From Schizochytrium sp. TIO01 (lineage: Eukaryota > Protista > Bigyra: Labyrinthulomycetes), in the NCBI GenBank assembly GCA_004764695.1, contig SMSO01000005.1, positions 1,364,001 through 1,428,000 on the forward strand: a stretch of 64,000 nucleotides of DNA, written 5' to 3'. Shown here in pieces: positions 35,996 to 47,059 of the stretch (its first letter is position 1; every line of letters begins with the position of its first letter). The translations under genes and the position numbers were made by a program. Under the pieces are notes generated by a model. That model did no database searches and was not told the origin of the DNA. It saw nothing but the letters and a program-made list of their open reading frames with translations.

Positions 35996-37135
35996 GTCTG
36001 CTGCACACGCGGTTTCTTCAAGAGATTCCTGCACAAGAGCTTTACTTTGCGTCAAGGTTAGCGACGCAGCCAAAAGCACCAAAAGAGCCTGGAATAGCGG
36101 CACCAGAGTCTTAATCTTGCCTCCTCTCCAGAAACCAAGTAGCTCTCAAGTTTCTGTTTGCAGAGTATGCACTAGCAGCTCTCTGAACAGAGATGCCTTG
36201 ACTCTCCACGCGGCGTCGACTCGACTGCGTTAGGGATTTGCTGCAGTTTGCGTGGGTTTGTTTTCATCTGCACTAGACTACATCGTTTCTCTGTTTGGTT
36301 AATTGCCAGCTTCCGAGTGCGGGACTAGGACTCACTACTTAAAACATTAGGGTCATGACCTCATTGTCGGAAATTGAGTGCCCGGATTCCGAAGCAGCTT
36401 TCTGCCTACCAGCACCAATGTTCTTGATACATTGAGTCCCTGCTGCCTAGCTAGCTAGATACATAGAGGGAGTGTCAGAGAATAAAGACATCCGAGTTGT
36501 AGATGACCAGCGTCGGAGATGAAGCTGGAATTTCCGTCAGAGTTCGCTTGAGTAGTGGAACCTTCGAGACAACTTTGGATGGGAGGCGTGGGCGGTGAGG
36601 AAGGAAGGTACTTAGTATGTAGCAGCACGCCAGGAAGCTGTTCATATATTAGTTTCAATTATTGTGGACGGTGATGGTGATGAAGAGACCATAGTGGTGT
36701 GAGGTGGCCAAGAACTTGTGAAAATAGGTAATGCCCACTTCTATGACCTACTTTAGATCTTAAGTATGTGAGATGAATAAAGCAAGATGAGTTCAGAAGC
36801 AGGTTTCCGAACTATAAATAAAAGTAACTAGTTTATCGACTCATCAATGGGTTGCATAGGGGTTCGTGAGAGTGCAGAGTTTGCATTACCAATCTGCAAT
36901 CTCTCAATCTCTGACAAAGTAACGAATTCGATAATCTTGCCGTTAAGGAGTAGTTTGGAGAAGAACAGTACATTTTCACTGCATCGTGCACGACTTGAAG
37001 GCCGTACGGCTGTAGTGGTTAGTATTGCAGCATAAGAGAATCATGCTATTAAGTTAGTTCGAAATCAAAGCTCACGGCGGGTGCTTAAACAAAAGTGAGG
37101 AGAGGAAAAATTAAGATGTATTATGATTCAATTGT

Positions 37136-38542
37136 TCAATCTTCACCAGCTCCCAAATGTACAAGTAACTCGCAAAGCGCAGGATTATCAAAGAGAACAC
37201 TATGATCATCTTCATGGCCAGACTTTCCTGGTCGTGTAACAGATTTACAAGCAGATACCTCAATTCCGAGGGCTTCAAGCTCTTCAACATCCACATGGAC
37301 TTTTGACCCCTCTGCATAAACAACGCGTGTGATGTAAGCTGAGGGTGGAAGGTCTAGCTCACTGACATGGCGCAGCCTTGACCCTTTGCGATTGAGCGCT
37401 TTGGTGATGGCTTTGACAAAGCCAGACGCAGGAAGGTCTCCACTTTCCCGGTCCGGGGTTGAGTTTAAGAGTAGAATTTTGGGGGTATCTACTGCTGCAA
37501 TAGCTTCACCCATACCTGGCAGCACGAGGCAAGGAGCAATACTGGTATACAGTGATCCCATACCATAAACAATAGCTCGCGATTCACCAATAGCTTGGAG
37601 CACGGCTGGGTTTGGTTGAGGAGCAGTTTCGTGATCTCCGTCAGATGAGAGATAGAAAATTCTCGACACGGGGCTTGACATCGGTGCACTATCCTCCTTG
37701 GAGACAGTATTACTACCTGTAGACGGATGACTGATCTCATTTTGCCCAAGAATCTCTTCCCCAGACTCCAACTCGGCAGCGATAGTGATGCGACGCTCAC
37801 TGACGATTACAGGCAGTACATCCGATCTCGTTGCAACGCCCGAAACACGGTGATACATGAAAATGGCAGCCTCCATACTATTGAAAAAAGTGCGAGCACC
37901 AGCAAAAAAGAAATTGCCAATAGATCCATTCGTGTATGTGAACTTGCCAGCTTCGCGGCTTCCTAGAACTCCTGCCTGGAAATGTACCAAAAATGCGCGA
38001 ATGGTGTGTTTGTATGGATCACCAACATTTGCCCATAAGGTATGCGAGCCCTCCACAATGCGGAGCCATTCGTGGCGAGCGACGTCTTCATTTTCAGGAT
38101 CTAGACGGTGTGCCAGAAGGTTCCGAACTGCTGTTCCTTCGGGCGTGCGATCGTTACTGAGTCTCAGACATCTTGAGCGGATATCACCTACAGCGGGCCC
38201 GCCAAGAACGTCAATAATAACGCGAGTTGACCCTCCATCGTCCGAGACCGGAAGCACATAAGCCACCCGTGAAGTGTACTTTTTCAAGATACTCGCGGTT
38301 GAATTGAAGGCTGTTCCGCCCGAGAAAACCACAAGAGAGCCCTCGAGCCTTGCATCTGCGTCGACGTCGGAATCCTCACCGCTCACAGAGCTCCAGTTGC
38401 TCAGGGCACGGTGTTGCCGGCTATTATCAAGCTCCATCGCCTGTAGTGTCGCTCCTGTGTTCGCAGCAGACCCGAACGTAGGCGCTGCAGAGTGGCGAGG
38501 TATCTCCTGGGCGTTGAGGGTTTGACGTTCGAGCGTCAGCAA
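37136..38542 (-). CDS. YvcK/CofD-like (UPF0052) protein, eukaryotic type
   Basis: VVFSGGTAFN, LPVSDDGGS, GGPAVGDIRSR, SIGNFFFAGAR, GQNEISHP and YGMGSLYTSI. First ATG at 38437; a pyrimidine tract plus TAG at 38543 looks like a splice acceptor. Confidence 0.92.
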   Translation of the reverse strand: MLTLERQTLNAQEIPRHSAAPTFGSAANTGATLQAMELDNSRQHRALSNWSSVSGEDSDVDADARLEGSLVVFSGGTAFNSTASILKKYTSRVAYVLPVSDDGGSTRVIIDVLGGPAVGDIRSRCLRLSNDRTPEGTAVRNLLAHRLDPENEDVARHEWLRIVEGSHTLWANVGDPYKHTIRAFLVHFQAGVLGSREAGKFTYTNGSIGNFFFAGARTFFNSMEAAIFMYHRVSGVATRSDVLPVIVSERRITIAAELESGEEILGQNEISHPSTGSNTVSKEDSAPMSSPVSRIFYLSSDGDHETAPQPNPAVLQAIGESRAIVYGMGSLYTSIAPCLVLPGMGEAIAAVDTPKILLLNSTPDRESGDLPASGFVKAITKALNRKGSRLRHVSELDLPPSAYITRVVYAEGSKVHVDVEELEALGIEVSACKSVTRPGKSGHEDDHSVLFDNPALCELLVHLGAGED

Positions 38543-41120
38543 CTATAAAGAATCGCAAAGAAAGACTTCGAAGTTCTTTCTTCTTTCTTTTCTTTCTTGA
38601 GAACCAAAAGAAGAACTGAAATGCATGATAGATCCTAACAGACGATTATGTTCGATCACACTAGTAGACTTTAAACGTTCATAAGTAGAGTATACAAATT
38701 TGGCAACAGCATTTAGAATAATAATTAACGTGTAGGTAATAGTAGAAGTCGAATAAGAGCGACGCAATAGCAGCGTGAGAGAACGATTTGCAGAGCAAGA
38801 GAGGCAAGATCATGATAGCTATGGGTTGGTGACCAGAATATCATCGTATGTACATACGAAGCAAAATGAAGAGGCTGCAGTTGCTAAGATAGCCAGTAAA
38901 TTAGAAATAACCTACTACAGCAGTCCGTGCAGGAAGACCAACACTTGAAATATAACAACACACCCAAGGGCCCATTCACTTCGCTGCGTGGGGTGGAATC
39001 TGGAAACATGGTAATGAACATGATAAAAAAATTGGTATGTTTTTCATGTTTTTCCAAATTGTAACCAGGAAAACTAGGATCAGGACTTGGGGGACTGACT
39101 GTTATAAAGCTCATGACGATTGAGTTGTGCTGCTAGATTAAATGACCCAACGAGTTAGAGCCTGATAACTACAATTCGAAAAATGCTATTTCATAGTTGC
39201 CCACCTAAATGGGCTAGGTACGTAGCTCACAGTACCAATGCTTTATATGCAGAGCCTCAGAGCACGAGGATATACAACTAAAAATTGTGGCATCTCTTCT
39301 GTGAGTACAACAGGCGTACCATAGCCGTCGTCTAGAAAACGAAAAAACCGCAGGAACTTAGTGGGGCCAAAGAACATATCTAAAGTAGAAATAATAACCG
39401 TGGACAGAGTTCTCCTTGGCACAGCTCCAGTTGGTTGATATACACATTGCTTTCAAAATTCGAGGGTAGATTGAGTGAGCAACTTAGGTACTGACAAGAT
39501 AAGTTCAAGTGGGGGGGACAAGATCCAGTATGGTAATGTGACTGACATCATTCGAAAAGATGTTTTGGATAGTGTGCCTACAAAAGGCTCGCAGCTTGCT
39601 TTGGATGCAAGCAACTCGTTTTGAATATTGCAGGGTGAAAACGCCCACACCATGTAAAAAGCACGGAGTAGGTAGTATAACCTGCCTTATGTTGCGCGCA
39701 TGAATGGTCTAACGCCCCATATTTCCTCGTGAGAGGGAGCGAAGATATCGTGCAGCACGCCCGTCGATGAAAGCTATTCGTTCATCTCCCCCACCCACCA
39801 CGGCTTTTACTTGCCTATCGTCCATTAACCCACCCATTGCCAGGGTTGGTCTGCAAAAGCCTCAAATACATACAACTTGATTCAACGAAGCCAATATTTA
39901 TTCTTGTCAAAGATAGAAAACTGATCAATAATCTACATCATTCTATTGTACAAATATACATGCCTGACGCCGTCAGGCTTTATCACCATGCGCACCAGCG
40001 CGACATGGTCATGCGTCTCCAGAGAGTGGGGCTCTCTGGTACTCCACACAAAAGGGAATTGAATGGTGGCAAGCCTGACCAATTAGCTCCCACTACAACC
40101 AATCCTTCACTGCGTCCAAAACCCACTTTGTCCTCACAAAACTTCATATTTTAAACATATTTGTTTCTTTCAAATGATAAGAGAAAGTGTATGCTCCACT
40201 GACGATAGTTGAGAGGGAAAATATAAAATGAATAGCAGTGTGTTTTGGAGGTAGTTAATTCTTCCACGGTTGGTTTCCAAGTCGTGATGTAACAACCACC
40301 AAATCTGGGCAAAAAACCTGGCCACAGCCGCACAAACGCGACCTTCAGTATCACAAACTACCAAAACACCCTTCAAGCTTTGAGTAGCCCTAGAAATAGG
40401 TTGGTTTACACAATTCCAAACAATCTAATCACGCCATTGTTTGCATCAAATAGCACCACCACTTACTTAATTAAGCCTTCTAGTAGAGTCTCACGCACAG
40501 TAGGCAAGTCCTACTTAAGTTATAGCACTTTCGTAGGCGCAGCTAGGCATCCCATCGTTTCTTTATGGCTAAGTTGGCGTACTTCGGTGTCACTCGGCGT
40601 CACATTTGCGTATCCTCGTCGCCTGAATATAGTAAGGAGGGAGCCGCTCATTGTGGGTGGCGATACTCGCCTTGAGCTGCTGTTTAGGCCTTTTGGATTG
40701 CAGATGTGAAGCTCGAGCCGGGCGAGGAATGCTAAGTGCCGGTTTTTTCCCACTGCCTATAGTCCCCATAGTTCGTAGAGAAAGGGAGTGTTTCACTATG
40801 GATGGACTAAATACAGGGAATTAAACGCATTCGAAGTAGAGCATTTGAAACTTACTATAGGTTATAGGGTGTACATTACAGAAGGCTATTGGGCTATAGG
40901 TTACTTGGGGGGTTTTGGAGTGAACGAGAGCGCATGCTTTCATGATCGAGTTTCAACGAAGCAATAACTTCGCAACGATAGCTCACCCGCTGCTGAGCGT
41001 TAGCGTGAGGAGCTCGCGAGAACCTGAAAACGCGAGCGGCATCAGAGGCCTTCGGCTGGGCTCTATCCTGGCCTGCTCTGCGGTTTTGTGGAGAAGGGTT
41101 GTAAAGATTGTTGGGATATC

Positions 41121-42623
41121 ATGGACGGCCAACTCGAAGGCTTGACAGGAGCCAGGGGAGGCTACCCTGTAGAAGACGAAGCTCCAGACTCTATGGGGAT
41201 CTTTAAGGAGTGGCTATTCACGCTACCAACCGACTGCCCAAATCGCCGCGAAATCAAACGCGATATTCTTGAGAGCGGCGCAAAGATTGTAAAGAATGAA
41301 CCTGATGTCTTCAACAAGTACCAAACAACGATTCACCTCCGCCCGCGAACTTTTACTCGCGAAGAGGCCCTGGCGCAAGGAATGAACTGTAAGTCTTACA
41401 GGAGTATCGCACAGCGGAGCAAAGTGAAACTGTCGAACTTATTGAAAAGTAATTCGGTGAGAATGATCAACGTGGATCTTGGAATATCGTAAGGATGGAA
41501 TGAATATCTTGACTAACAAAAATTGCCTCCTCTGGTGATTGATGATGACCAATGTTGTGTGCTTTAATCTGATTCTACATTGGCAGTGAAGCTTGTTGTG
41601 GCCCTCGAGTATATTCGCGATTCTGTTCTTCATGAGGTCGCTCTAGATCTTGAACGTTACCGCCTATTCGGCGAAGAAGAGAACCCCCTTACACAGGCTC
41701 CTCATGAGTCTCAGATGAATGACGATGACGATGATCGCGTTGTACTCGGTAACCCAACCCAGCCTGATCCCCAAACTGATGCTACCAAGCAGGTGATGGA
41801 CACAGTGGAAGTCCCCCCTCGTCCTATGGAAGTAGACCACCAGGGTCATGTGACAGGCCATCATGATGACGTTCACGCAATGCAAGTTCCTACAACACCA
41901 ACTCGTGATGATACCACTGCAAGTCGTATGTCTAGCTCACGAAGGGGGGCTGTTCGAGGCAGCAAATTGAAAATGTGGACTACGGATGAGGTGCAAACAC
42001 TTGTGGAGTATATTCAGAAGCAAATCCTCGACGATGATGTACTTAGTGGCATGAAGATTTGGAAACAAGCAGAAGCACAGAATGTTCTTCCTGGTCGTAC
42101 AGCCCAGTCTATGCGGGAGTGCTATCGGCGGCGCGAGCTTGGCAAGGTGGCACGAGAGGCACTTAAGAATGGTGACACTTCGAGCGTTACTGCTTCTAGA
42201 ACCGCAGATATGAATCCTGATGCTGTAATGGAGCGCGGTGTAGTCTCCGGTATTCCAAACCTTGCCGAGATTATCGACCACCTCATTGAAAGCACAAACC
42301 GCAATTCACAAGATGTATTCTGGGCAATATACCAAACATCTGGGGACTTTAAGAAAGCTCGTTCTTTGCTTCTTGGGAGTTCGCCCGACTTTGCGCCATG
42401 GTCACCTGACGAGGACCAGCTGATCGAGCGTCTAGCACAAGGATTCCGTGCAGCTCTTTTGCAACACTGTAACTCAGATGGTGAACGTCTCAATGCCATT
42501 GTAAATTCTGTTGATGGAGGCATTGTCAATATGCAAGATCGGCATGACCTAGAGAAGTTGCTTTATTCGCGTACCCTTGACGAGTGCGCACAACGGGCTG
42601 TTTTCCTTCGACAAGAAAATTAA
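41121..42623 (+). CDS. RAP1: Telomere protein RAP1/TERF2IP homologue (BRCT-Myb-RCT); exons 41121-41388 and 41587-42623, 434 aa
   Basis: A phase-compatible GTAAGT...GGCAG intron (41389-41586) joins a BRCT domain (IFKEW..ILESGAKIV..EYIRDSV..LDLERYRL). It is followed by a Myb domain (WTTDEV..SGMKIWKQAE..GRTAQSMRECY) and an RCT domain (AIYQTSGDF..PWSPDED..ECAQRAVFL). Confidence 0.85.
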
Positions 42624-42940
42624 GGGAAGGACAGAGTTATGCAGCCAAATACTTAATTCCATCATGTGAAACATCTACATCTTAAATTAGTCAGAAATAC
42701 ACCATTCAAATTCATTTTAGTTTTTAATGCAAATTCAAAAGAATGTCCACTACTGCAGTTGTGCTACAAGAGGTTCTCAATACACCTGCTGCTGCCTTAA
42801 CAGTTTAAAATATCTCACTTTGCCTGAAATGAGATTTAGCTGAGAATTGGATTAGTTTATTTTTCTACCACAAACATATTAAGTAAAACTCTTAAAAAAG
42901 AAATTAAGGATTATGCACAACACTCGGAACAGGCAATCCC

Positions 42941-44155
42941 CTAACGCATATCAATCGGCACATCAGGAAATTTTTCACGAAGCAAGTCGTACATGGCACG
43001 CTTTCCCGGGTTCTTCATCGCCTTTTCTCGAGCCTTATCATCTGCCTGCTTTTTCTCGATACTTTCCGAAATCTCACGACGTTGTTTATCAGGAAGATTT
43101 GCTAAGCTCTCACCAACGTTACATTCAGTGACGTCAATTTCGGGTTCTCCGACAAATGCGCTTGGCCACCATTCATATCCAGGGCTCTCCTCCCGTGATG
43201 CATTATCCTTTACTAAAGAAACCACTAGACATCCAGGAGATTCTCGATCCCAAAAACTGTCATCAACCTTGACCGGAAACCGTACATCCTTATCAAGAAC
43301 CACACTATCTAGAGCCATCACACGGACATGCTTACGTGTTATTTCGCATTTAAGATCGCCACTTGCGATTGTAGGATCCACCTGTACTGCAATAGTCGTT
43401 TCAGACACAGTTTGTCCCCATGCGTAAGAATCAAGCACAGCACCATTCTGCGTGTGTCCATGAGCGTTAACCCAGGAAACAAAATCCTCTCGTTCCTGCG
43501 CATTGGCTTTCTCTAGCTGCAGCTGCCTACCTCTTTCAGTCTCGGCCTTAAAAGCTTCTGCCTGCAACAGCTTTTCACGTTCAGATTTTACACGTTTATA
43601 CTCCTCACGTAGTTCGCGAGACTTGGGCGCCGCTCGAATAGCCAGTTCTAGGTCGGCTATTGCTTTATCAAGGTCCTTATTAAGAAGATACGCCTTCGCA
43701 CGTCTATAAAGGGCTTTGGCGTTGTGAGGTTGTGCTTCAAGAACAGCATTGCAACAGTTTAATGCCGAATCCGCAGAATCGAGTGCAAGGCCAGATGCTG
43801 CAAGATTGAGTAGAATTGAGATCCGCAAATCGATAAACACCTTTGCAGTTTCCGTATCATCTTCTACCTGTGCCACGATATCTTCTAGGGCGGCGAGGGC
43901 CTCAGCATACTTTGCACAGGCTTCCATCATGGAGTTCTTGCCGAGGGTGTGCTTCTCGAACATCTTGCCGCGCTTGAAGAGGTCATTGCCTTCTTTCTTT
44001 AGTGCCTCAGCTTTTGCCAACACGTCTTGAGGGATAGTGGACTCTTCTGTAGTATCGGAGGCCTTTAAACTGCCTTCCACTTCTTGTAGAGTTTCAGCAT
44101 GGTTAATATCGCTGTTCACGTCGCTTGAGTTGTTTTGGCTGTTGTCCTGCTCCAT
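42941..44155 (-). CDS. TPR + CS (p23/NudC-like) domain co-chaperone
   Basis: KKEGNDLFK, LLNLAA and KALYRRAKAY (carboxylate-clamp TPR); YAWGQT..VDDSFW..WWPSAFVGEPEID (NudC-type CS). First ATG at 44155. Confidence 0.88.
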   Translation of the reverse strand: MEQDNSQNNSSDVNSDINHAETLQEVEGSLKASDTTEESTIPQDVLAKAEALKKEGNDLFKRGKMFEKHTLGKNSMMEACAKYAEALAALEDIVAQVEDDTETAKVFIDLRISILLNLAASGLALDSADSALNCCNAVLEAQPHNAKALYRRAKAYLLNKDLDKAIADLELAIRAAPKSRELREEYKRVKSEREKLLQAEAFKAETERGRQLQLEKANAQEREDFVSWVNAHGHTQNGAVLDSYAWGQTVSETTIAVQVDPTIASGDLKCEITRKHVRVMALDSVVLDKDVRFPVKVDDSFWDRESPGCLVVSLVKDNASREESPGYEWWPSAFVGEPEIDVTECNVGESLANLPDKQRREISESIEKKQADDKAREKAMKNPGKRAMYDLLREKFPDVPIDMR

Positions 44156-44631
44156 TGTCTTACCCACTCCTTCTCAGGTACCACGCAAGAAAAAGACAAC
44201 CAAAGAAAAAAAGTCAACGAATCAAAGTGCAAATAAAATGATCTGGAGACCAACAATCTGCTGAGCAGACCGCTTCTGCGCAGGATCTCCGGCTTTGGAG
44301 CAGTTGGTGTTTTTCTCCGAACGGCTTTGCTGACCCATCTTGCATAGATGGAAGTCCCGGAATTCCGGGGTCTTGGATTTGTGTTTGTGCTTTCAAAGCA
44401 TTGAGCAAAAGTCATTCCCTCAAAGTTAATTTGTTAGAACTCTTTAGCTCTGGTAAAAAATCAAACTAAAACAATTACTCAGCTCTAAAAAGAAATAGTT
44501 GGTACCGTTATTTGGCTTTTTGATTCGCATGTGTACGGAGAAAAAATGTGTACATCAAGACTTGCAAACAGATATATATATATATTGCGTTTATATGGAA
44601 TAAGATTAAGTTTTGTTTTTGTGCGTGCAGT

Positions 44632-46680
44632 TTATGCTTCTTCAGTGTCGCTAGTTTGCTCGAGCTTAGATTCAGGAGGGTCAAGCTTTTTGTGGTAAGA
44701 TGTTTGCATGAACTCTTGCAACTTTCGGGCTTCATCAGTGGCCTTATAAACAAGCTTGAAGCACGAATGGTCTGGCAGAGTTTGGATAAGCCGCTGGCAT
44801 GCAGCATGTACGAAGCGAGGTGGAATGTCGATATCAGTTTCAAGATTCAATATTGAGCCGATGACCCGCTCTGTAGACTTGACCATTGTTTCATCAGCAC
44901 CGTCACGCTCACGCATATTTGTAATCATCCGGTGGGCTACAGAAAGTAAATCTGTTCGTGCTTGGCCACTCAGCAAAAGAGGGAAGATTGTGGTCTCACC
45001 AAGGACTGCGGCTTGGGCAATCGCCACGGAATCAAGGCAAACACCAACGTACCCATATCCCCCTTGAGCCAATCCAGTATCCCGTGATGCAACATTGGAA
45101 AGAACAGAAACAATACAGCAGGCACGGACGAGTTCGAGCTGTTTATCCAGAGTCCATTCCCCTTCTGGAACGTAGCAATTGGTGTGCCAGCGCTCTGCTC
45201 CCAAGTGCCATGGCCACTTTCGCCAGACATAAGGCTGCCAGCCGGTCATGGACCCCACATCCTGGTACCATTCAGTCGCAACCTCGCCTTGTAATGCAGG
45301 GCCTCGAATGACAACAGGAACACCTGCATGACTCATAGGAACAACGATGTCCTTCCCATTGACCCCTGTTAAACCAGTGCGCATGGGGACGGCGAGTGGG
45401 ATGTGGTAGAGCTCTTCGTCAGTGTCACGGACACAAAATGCAATCCCAAAAGAGGTCAGCAGTGACCGAATACCAATTTCAACTTCATGCTCGGGATCCT
45501 TGGCAAGCGCTTCTAAAAGGTCGTATGGAGAGTCGAAACGTTGGAGTTTGCCGCCCAGCTCGATTTCTACAAAAAATTTCTCATGGTTCATTCGAGGTTT
45601 TGGTTTTTCTGTCTTCTTATCGCGAGAAGGGATTTCATCCTCGTCAGACTCAATGTCATCATTCTTGTCATCTTCATCAATAGAGCTGTGTTTAACGGGT
45701 CCCCCATGGTCTACCTTTTCTCGCTCCGGGTTCTTCTCTCTGAATGCATACTCGTCATAGTCGCCTTCTGAGTATGGCACGAGGTTGCTTGTAAGGCGGT
45801 TGAAGACTGCCGTAAGAACCCTGGAGGCAGCGCGCTCCATCTCTGACTCCCGAATTGGAATACCAGGTGCACCTTGGTACAAACCAGGAAGGAATTCATC
45901 ATTGATATTTTTGAGTTCATCGTAGCTTGCATCATCCTTTACAATCTCGCCCGTAGAAATACGAGCAGCGAGTCTGTTCAGATCGCGCTGGATGTTGAAG
46001 GGATTAGGTAATTCGCCAAGCGGATCACGGAACTTTTCTGCGATACCAACATGGAGTTCCTCCACAGGATCCTTGACGTCTAGTACAAGCGCTTGTGCTG
46101 TTTTGTGCATTGTGACGCTAATGGCGCTCAGGGTGACTGGCGAAATGAGATTCTGGAGTAGGGTCTGTATAACTCTCATGGAAAAATCATCGATGGTGGC
46201 GCGGTCCTCCTGAGAAACCTTGGGCATGTGGCCTAGAAATGGCAGTACAAAACCCATGTGCAAGTTGCTAAACAGTGTAACAGCAATCTTACGGAAATCC
46301 ACGCCTCCTGGCACGTGGAGACTCCGTAGATAGCTCCTGAGGCTCACCATTTTCACCCCTTCGGATTCGTATTCTTTCCAGTTGGGCTGCAACGCGAGGT
46401 AATCGGACCACATTCGAGCGGTTCCATCGCTGCTGGAGTACACTGAGTTCTTCAGTTCTGTGTATACCGTGGAGTTTCCGTCTTGGCGAGCGTCTGCATC
46501 ACGGATATTGCGTAGTGCGACCTGACGTACATTGTCTCTTTGCACGCGGATACGGTCTTCCTCAACGATTTTCTTGGCCTCATGACGAAGATAAACGTGC
46601 GTAGCAGCTGCTGCTAAGGCTACGCCCGAAGCTGCAGCAATCGACCACGAGACCGCGCTGCGACCCATGAAGGCTACCAT
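44632..46680 (-). CDS. Uncharacterised 682-aa protein with an N-terminal membrane anchor
   Basis: Long ATG ORF. Hydrophobic N-terminus (WSIAAASGVALAAAATHVYL) and a globular C-terminal half containing SHAGV and GGYGYVGVCLDSVA. Confidence 0.8.
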   Translation of the reverse strand: MVAFMGRSAVSWSIAAASGVALAAAATHVYLRHEAKKIVEEDRIRVQRDNVRQVALRNIRDADARQDGNSTVYTELKNSVYSSSDGTARMWSDYLALQPNWKEYESEGVKMVSLRSYLRSLHVPGGVDFRKIAVTLFSNLHMGFVLPFLGHMPKVSQEDRATIDDFSMRVIQTLLQNLISPVTLSAISVTMHKTAQALVLDVKDPVEELHVGIAEKFRDPLGELPNPFNIQRDLNRLAARISTGEIVKDDASYDELKNINDEFLPGLYQGAPGIPIRESEMERAASRVLTAVFNRLTSNLVPYSEGDYDEYAFREKNPEREKVDHGGPVKHSSIDEDDKNDDIESDEDEIPSRDKKTEKPKPRMNHEKFFVEIELGGKLQRFDSPYDLLEALAKDPEHEVEIGIRSLLTSFGIAFCVRDTDEELYHIPLAVPMRTGLTGVNGKDIVVPMSHAGVPVVIRGPALQGEVATEWYQDVGSMTGWQPYVWRKWPWHLGAERWHTNCYVPEGEWTLDKQLELVRACCIVSVLSNVASRDTGLAQGGYGYVGVCLDSVAIAQAAVLGETTIFPLLLSGQARTDLLSVAHRMITNMRERDGADETMVKSTERVIGSILNLETDIDIPPRFVHAACQRLIQTLPDHSCFKLVYKATDEARKLQEFMQTSYHKKLDPPESKLEQTSDTEEA

Positions 46681-47059
46681 GTTTCCCTCAACAACAAGCT
46701 GTTGCTGTCTTGAGTTCGAGGTATTACAGTTTTACGACATAAAAGGAAAAACCCTTTTCAGGTCTAGCACCTACTACTATCCTCTACTTAACATCAATAA
46801 TAGAACACCCTCTTAGGGTCTCAACTGACCAAAACAGAAAAGTATTAAATACAGAACCTATGACGATAGGATAGTTCTCAACAACAGCAATAACAGCGTT
46901 GCGTGTCGTGCAATGTGCCATAGCTTTGAATAACATCAGCAAATCAGAGCTCGTTACAGGTTTATAAATGAGCTAAAATCATATTCATTGAGGTTGTTTC
47001 TTGGCTACCTGTCACCAGCCTGAGCTTCACAGAGCTCAGCATAGGCCTAACAAAGAAAG

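Noticed and set aside
39480-39625. Short protein-like stretch GDKIQYGNVTDIIRKDVLDSVPTK
   Set aside because: Too short, with no start or splice context and no recognisable family.
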